64,000 bases of DNA, taken from positions 4,482,095-4,546,094 of the forward strand of contig CBDCWI010000002.1 of the NCBI GenBank assembly GCA_965223325.1. Reading direction: 5' to 3'. The translations under genes were made by a program, and so were the position numbers. This document shows, one piece after another, positions 58,457 through 64,000 of the stretch. The stretch comes from Candidatus Multivoradales bacterium (GTDB lineage: Bacteria; Acidobacteriota; Thermoanaerobaculia; Multivoradales; Multivoraceae). Position 1 is the stretch's first letter. Each line of letters opens with the position of its first letter. The notes under the pieces were generated by a model. The model saw nothing but the letters and a program-made list of their open reading frames with translations, was not told the origin of the DNA and made no database searches.

Positions 58457-58492
58457 CGAGTCTCGTCGCTAGAGAGTGTGGTCCGGAAGGAC

Positions 58493-58524
58493 AGCTGTAC
58501 GGCACCTTGCGGTGCCGCACAGCT
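58493..58524 (-). terminator. Stem-loop between pstS and pstC (mRNA stabiliser or attenuator)
   Basis: AGCTGTACGGCACC-TTGC-GGTGCCGCACAGCT. Confidence 0.6.
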
Positions 58525-58564
58525 CTGCGGGAGGCAGTCTTCCGGGGGGGAAAGGGAAGGGCCT

Positions 58565-59590
58565 CTACTGGAAGAGCTCGAGGAGCGTTGCGTCCTCGGG
58601 AGCGTTTGGGAAGACGCTACCGGCCACCCGTCCTTCGTAGCGGGCCTTGGCGGCTGCCATCAGGGCGTCTGGCAGCGCCACGTAGCCAACCTCAGGAGCG
58701 AGGGCGGCAACATTGTCGAGGTAGAAGTCGACGAAGGCGTCGACCTCGGGCCGTTCGGCAGCTGCCGGCGACACGTAGATGAAGATCGGGCGCGACAGCG
58801 GCGCGTATGACCCGTTGTTGATGGTCTCGTTCGAGGGCTCGACCGCCCCTGCGCCATTGTCGACCGGGACGACGCGGAGCTTGTCCTTGTTCTCCGCGTA
58901 GTAGGCGAAACCGAAGAAGCCCAGGGCATGGGGATCTCCTGATACACCTGCAACGATGACGTTGTCGTCCTCACTGGCAGTGAAGTCTGGTCGGATGGCG
59001 CCCTCGTCGCCATTGATCGCATCGGTGAAGTAGTCGAAGGTGCCGCTGTCGGGACCCGGTCCGAAGAGCGTGATGGGCTCGGCCGGCCAGCCGGCGCGCA
59101 CGTCTGCCCAGGTGGTGACTTCGGAGTCCGGCATCCAGATGCGGTGGACCTCGTCGACGGTCAGGTGGTCTACCCAGTCGTTCTCCGGGTGGATGACGAG
59201 TGAGATGCCGTCGTAGGCGATCGGCAGTTCGATGTACTCGATGGCGCCTTCGGCAGCGGCGCTGCGCTCGCTTTCCTTGATGGCGCGGGAGGCGTCGTTG
59301 ATGTCGGTCTCACCCGCGGCGAACTTCTTGAAGCCGCCGCCGGTTCCCGAGACGCCGACCGTGACGCGGACTCTAGGCTCGACGTTGCGGAACTCTTCCG
59401 CGACCGCCTCGGTGATGGGGAAGACGGTGCTCGAGCCGTCGATCGAGACGGTGCCTTCGAGCTGGTCTCCGGCCGCAGCCTCACCGGTGCGGTCGGCGCC
59501 GGCATCGTTGTCGCAGGCCACGAGGGTGAAGGTGGCGAGCGCCACGATGGAGAAGAGGCTGAGCAGCCGCCTGGCATTCTGAGGGTTCAT
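58565..59590 (-). CDS. pstS: Phosphate-binding lipoprotein
   Basis: Lipobox LVAC; [43 protein letters not shown]. Confidence 0.96.
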   Translation of the reverse strand: MNPQNARRLLSLFSIVALATFTLVACDNDAGADRTGEAAAGDQLEGTVSIDGSSTVFPITEAVAEEFRNVEPRVRVTVGVSGTGGGFKKFAAGETDINDASRAIKESERSAAAEGAIEYIELPIAYDGISLVIHPENDWVDHLTVDEVHRIWMPDSEVTTWADVRAGWPAEPITLFGPGPDSGTFDYFTDAINGDEGAIRPDFTASEDDNVIVAGVSGDPHALGFFGFAYYAENKDKLRVVPVDNGAGAVEPSNETINNGSYAPLSRPIFIYVSPAAAERPEVDAFVDFYLDNVAALAPEVGYVALPDALMAAAKARYEGRVAGSVFPNAPEDATLLELFQ

Positions 59591-59677
59591 TTTGAGATCT
59601 CCTGCGCCCTCCGGCTGGGCGGCGGCGCTGTTCGGTCAGGCTCGTAGAGCCGGTTTTTGGGTCTGGTCAGTGAAGTT

Positions 59678-59705
59678 ACGAAGTTGCCGTGAAGGTGGCG
59701 TGAAG
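59678..59705 (-). promoter_or_regulatory. Pho-box-like triple repeat upstream of pstS
   Basis: Minus-strand CTTCAC, CTTCAC, CTTCGT at 11-bp period. Confidence 0.65.
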
Positions 59706-59708
59706 CTT

Positions 59709-60959
59709 CTAGAAATCCATCGCAAAACGGAGCAGCGCATAGTCGACTTCGCCGACGCCGTCGAGATCGGCCTTGACGTAGTTCAGCTGGGTTCGGAAGG
59801 CAGGGTTCATGTACCAGTTGAGCGCGAAGGTCAAGCCGTCCTGCTCGCCGCCCGTGATCGGACCGTCGTTGAGGTCGATCGTGGAGTACCGCACCGCGAT
59901 CTCCCAGGCGCCCGGACCGCCGTCCTTCAGGAAGTCGGAAGCCGGCTTCTGGCGATCGAAAGCCCCAGAGGAGGTCTTGTAGGCCTTGGTTTCGCCGGTG
60001 AAGAACCAGCCCGCCTGGACGTTCCAGCCCGAGAGGGTCGCGCTGCCCGAGCCGATGACGTCGGCGTCGGCCTGGGTGTACGAGCCCTGGGCCCAGAACG
60101 GACCTTGCACTGCGACCAATTCGAGATCGATCAGATCGACGGCGTCGGCGCTGAAGGAGCCGGTGTCGACGAGGCGCGGAGCGAGATGCGCCTCGGGACG
60201 CGTGCGGTAGCGCTGGGCGTCGTCGACCGGCCCGCGGTGTGAGAGGCCGAGGCCGAGATGGAGGAGGTGCTCGCCGTCGTTCTGGTAGACCGGTAGCCCC
60301 GTGAGGCGTGCGGTCGCGTTGACCTCGTCACCGCGCGACTCGCCGAAGTTGTCCATGTCCTGGAACAGACCGAAGGCCCATGTCATGCGACCGTCGGCCG
60401 CGGTGTTCTTTGCCTGCACGCCCATGTTGCGCGAGGGCGCGAAGGTCGTGCTGTTCAAGGAGCGTTCGACGAACGGCATGTACTTCGAGCTGGTCAGCTC
60501 TTCGAAGCCGAATGGTTCCTTGAAGTGACCGACGCGGATACCGCCGAGAGTTGGAATGCCCTTGATGCCGACGTAGACGTCCTTGAAGTCGGAGCTGCCT
60601 CCGGCGAAGTCGTACTGCGCCTTGAATTCGAAGCGCTTGTAGACAGTTCCTTCGACGAATAGGCGCGCGCGGCGGAACTCGGAGCCACCCTCGAAGTCGA
60701 AGAGTTGGTCGAGTTCGTCATCGGCCGAGACCGCTGAGAAGTCGGCCTGGATGCGACCACCGATCTTGATTGCGTAGGAGCCGTCAGCGGCCTCGATGCG
60801 CGTGCCGTTCTTCCAGTACGCCTTCGGGCCATCCTCGTGTGCCATCACGGGCAAGGTCGCGAGACCGAGGACTGCGCAGGGTGCGAGCAAGAATGCGGAA
60901 AGCGAGCGACCGAGCCGTCGTCTTTGGTGGGAGCAAGGCTCCTGGCTGAGGGTGTTCAT
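59709..60959 (-). CDS. Phosphate-selective porin (OprO/OprP family)
   Basis: GGRIQAD, EFRRARL, GHFKEPFG.E..TSS, FVERS, GAWEIAVRYS, LNWY.NP, terminal F. Confidence 0.93.
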   Translation of the reverse strand: MNTLSQEPCSHQRRRLGRSLSAFLLAPCAVLGLATLPVMAHEDGPKAYWKNGTRIEAADGSYAIKIGGRIQADFSAVSADDELDQLFDFEGGSEFRRARLFVEGTVYKRFEFKAQYDFAGGSSDFKDVYVGIKGIPTLGGIRVGHFKEPFGFEELTSSKYMPFVERSLNSTTFAPSRNMGVQAKNTAADGRMTWAFGLFQDMDNFGESRGDEVNATARLTGLPVYQNDGEHLLHLGLGLSHRGPVDDAQRYRTRPEAHLAPRLVDTGSFSADAVDLIDLELVAVQGPFWAQGSYTQADADVIGSGSATLSGWNVQAGWFFTGETKAYKTSSGAFDRQKPASDFLKDGGPGAWEIAVRYSTIDLNDGPITGGEQDGLTFALNWYMNPAFRTQLNYVKADLDGVGEVDYALLRFAMDF

Positions 60960-61044
60960 GCCGTCTGTTCCTGTTGTCAAGCTAGAGGAGAAGAAGTGGG
61001 GAGCACCGCTCCCACGGGTATGTGAAGAAGACTGGCGCTTCTTT

Positions 61045-61072
61045 ATGAAGACCTCGTAAAGAAACCGTGAAG
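61045..61072 (-). promoter_or_regulatory. Pho-box-like triple repeat upstream of the porin gene
   Basis: Minus-strand CTTCAC, CTTTAC, CTTCAT at 11-bp period. Confidence 0.65.
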
Positions 61073-61323
61073 GTTCGGTGTTCCGTCGCCAGGTGGCGTG
61101 GTGGCCAGGTGGCGTGGTGTCTACCTCGATGCGTCGACGTGCTCGATGTGCTCGAACACGCGCTCCACGGACGAGGGCGCTTACAACCCCGAGACCTCGC
61201 GGCCTGATTCTGGACGACGACCGCGATGTGGTTTTCCCGACGGCTTCGAAGCAGGCGACACGTTGGCGTGGTCAGCGGAGGTCCCCTGAGCGTTCGGGAA
61301 AGCTCCCGACGCCTCTCACGAGG

Positions 61324-64000
61324 CTACTCGGCTTCTACCGACACCTCGACCGGCTCTGGGTTCTTCAGCAAGACCCGCTGCCCGTTCGCCGCCACCATCT
61401 CGTTGAATGCCACCAGATCGCTGTCGTAGATCTCGTGGATCCTGTCGAATAGCGGCTTCAGCGTCGGTTCCAGATCGGCCCAGCGCTCGGTGATTCCCGA
61501 GCCGACCGGTGGCGGACTGCCCACGATGCCGCCGTAGAGTCCGTTGACCTGCTGGTCGAGGCGACCCGGGAAATTCAACGAGTCTTGACTGCTCTCGCCC
61601 TTGAGCTGAGTGAGTTCTCCCTCGATCTCCTCGAGCTTCTTGTTGAGCTCCGCGGCTGCAGTCTGGGGCTCGTCGCCGTATCCGTTGTCGGCGAGCTGCT
61701 TGCCGATCGCGCTTGCCTGACTCTTGACTGAGCGCAGCTGGGCCAGTTCTTCGTAGAGCAGCTTTCCGGCGGCTCCGATCTCCTTGGCGAGACGAAGCTG
61801 CTCACTGTACTGCGCGTCGGTGGCCTCCCAACGGGGATGAGGGTGCCACTCGAAGGTCTTGGTCTCTGACCAGTCGCCCATCGACATCGTCACCGTGTAG
61901 GTCCCTGGGATCGCCGCCGGCCCGGCGCCTCCTCCGAACGACCACTGCACCGTACCTTCTGGCACCTCGTAGGGAGCCGGCCACCGAGCGGTGAAGGGGG
62001 TACGGTTGAGGCCCGGCTTGACGGTGAGCTGGTCCTCGCTGCCAAGGAAGACCGACAGGTCGAAGCCGCCGATCGTGTCGCCGCGCTTTACAGCCTCGAT
62101 GAACTGCTCCTTCATCTCTTCCGGCACAAAGGAAGGAATGCGAATGTTCTCCTCCCCGCCGTCGCCCTCGGTCACGAACCCCTCCTTGTCCAGGAAGACC
62201 TCGCCTTCAGGGTCGGTGATAACCATCTTGATCGGATCGCGAGAGATCTCGTTGACGACAAAGGCGATCTGTGTGCTGCCAGCCCCTTGCGTTCCATCTA
62301 GAGGATCCAAGAGGGCAATCGGAGCCTCGAGAATCTCGGGGGTCAGCTGCGACAGCACCGAGAAGTCGTCGAGCACGTAGAAGGCGCGGCCCTGGGTTGC
62401 GAGGACCAGGTCGTTGTCTTTGATCACCATGTCGGTCACCGGAACCACCGGCAGGTTGAGCTGAAAAGACTGCCAGTGTTCTCCGTCATCGAACGAGACC
62501 CACATCCCGAACTCGGTGCCGGCGAAGAGCATGCCCCGGCGTTCTGGGTTCTCGCGCACCACGCGCACGAAGTGGTTTTCGGGGATGCCGTTGGTGCCAT
62601 CGGTGAGCAGCTTCCAGCTCTCGCCGTAGTCATTCGTCTGGAAGATGTAGGGGCGATAGTCCTGCTCGCGGTACTTGTAGACCGCCAGGTGGGCGCGCCC
62701 AGGATCGTGGGCGGAGACGTCGATCATGTTGACCGTCCCGCCTTCCGGGATGTTCGCTGGCGTGATGTCTTGCCAGCTCTCGCCGTTGTCCTGCGAGATG
62801 TGAACCCGGCCGTCATCCGAGCCGGCCCAGAGCAGGCCCGCAGTCAGTGCAGACTCTTCGAAGGCGAAGATCGTCGTGTAGACCTCGACTCCGGTGTTGT
62901 CTTGCGTGATTCCGGTCGAACCTGAGTAGAGCTGGTATTCGCCGTTGTTGGTCGTCAGGTCGGGAGAAATCACTTCCCAGTCGATGCCGGCGTTCCTGGT
63001 GCGGGTGTACGTATTGAGACGTGTGGTACACGACGTCGGGGTCGTGTGGCGAGATCCGGGATCGGCGCGTTCCACTGGAAGCGATACTTCAAGTCCGCAG
63101 CCTGCTGGCCGGTGGGCGAGTCCTCGTAGGCGCGCACACTTCGGGTCACGCCGCTCTCTCGGTCCATCCGGGTGATGGCGCCGCCGTAGCTGCCGGCATA
63201 GATCACCTTGTTGTTGCGGGGGTCGACGGCGATGTGCCCCGCTTTCGCCGCCCCCGACCTCGAAGAAGTCGGCTCCGCCACCCCCGAAGAAGCTGCCTCC
63301 TCCGGCCGCAGCTCTCATCGCTGCGGTGCTGTTGTCCTGCTGGGCGCCATAAACGTTGTAGGGGAAGTCGTCGTCGACGGTGACACGGTAGAACTCGGCC
63401 GTCGGCTGATTCATCTGCTCGGAGAAGGTCTTTCCTCCCGTTGAGCGACACGTTGACGCCGCCATCGTTGCCGCTCACCGAGTACAGCGGGTTGTCGGGG
63501 TTGATCCATAGGTCGTGGTTGTCGCCGTGCCGCGGGTTGAAGGACTCGGAGAACGTCTTGCCGCCGTCGATTGACTTGTAGAAGCCGGTGTTCATGGCGT
63601 ACACCGTGTTCTCGTCCTTCGGGTCGGCGAAGATGTGGATGTAGTACCAGGCGCGCTGCAGGAGTTTGCGTTCCTTGGACATCGGGCGCCAGGTCTCTCC
63701 GCCGTCGTCGGAACGGTACACCCCGCCGAGTGGCATGGGCGCTTCGATCAGAGCCCAGATCCGGTCGGGGTTCGCCGGCGAAATGGTGACGTCGATCTTG
63801 CCGAGAACACCCTTGGGCAACCCACCCTCGACCTTCTCCCAGGTCTCGCCGGCGTCTTTGCTGCGCCAGATACCGCCATCCTCACTCCCCGAGTGGATCG
63901 TCCACGGCTTGCGGTAGACGCTCCACGCCGAAGCGTAGAGGATGCGCGGGTTCTTTGGATGCATCTCGATGTCGTTGAAGCCGGTCTCGTTCGAGACGAA
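61324..64000 (-). CDS. VPS10/BNR (Asp-box) repeat glycosyl-hydrolase-like protein, 5'-partial, several apparent frameshifts
   Basis: SxDxGxTW repeats, HGDNHDLWINP, YGAQQDN, RFQWNAP, LATQGR; reading frame switches near 63440, 63240, 63060 and 63005. Confidence 0.85.

Noticed and set aside
62990-63450. Four frame switches in the VPS10/BNR gene as programmed frameshifting or pseudogenisation
   Set aside because: They are clustered single-base indels near the window edge in otherwise well-conserved sequence, as at 190-360; sequencing or consensus error is more likely

Overview
High-GC bacterial DNA (the C-terminal IFxDGFESGD motif and the VPS10/BNR protein hint at Acidobacteriota or a similar lineage; this is inference). 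About 52 kb is an accessory defence/conflict island and the remainder is housekeeping. (1) 1-9 kb: two integrase-less integron platforms (homologous attI-like sites at ~2.2 kb on + and ~8.3 kb on -) whose cassette arrays face each other and are joined by a 1.4-kb HUH/Y1 (RAYT-like) element with 40-bp inverted REP-like ends. The cassettes include a SIR2-like gene interrupted by ISL3. (2) 9.5-27 kb: a divergent four-gene DISARM-related locus (type IIG-like m6A methyltransferase, SNF2 helicase, giant YprA/DUF1998 helicase-nuclease, RelE-like-UvrD helicase). Nearby are an ELWxxDGT protein, an IS256 and a PD-(D/E)XK-RAMA nuclease. (3) 33.8-47.6 kb: three tandem, mosaic lipase plus lipoprotein (effector/immunity-like) modules interleaved with a DUF4143 ATPase and a duplicated nucleotidyltransferase-HTH pair. 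(4) 47.6-52.4 kb: orphan Rhs toxin/immunity modules scrambled by RAYT remnants and a precise 909-bp inversion. (5) 52.6-61 kb: complete porin-pstSCAB-phoU-phoBR cluster with 11-bp-period Pho-box-like repeats, then a frameshifted VPS10/BNR protein running off the window. All family assignments come from motifs recognised by eye, not from database searches.
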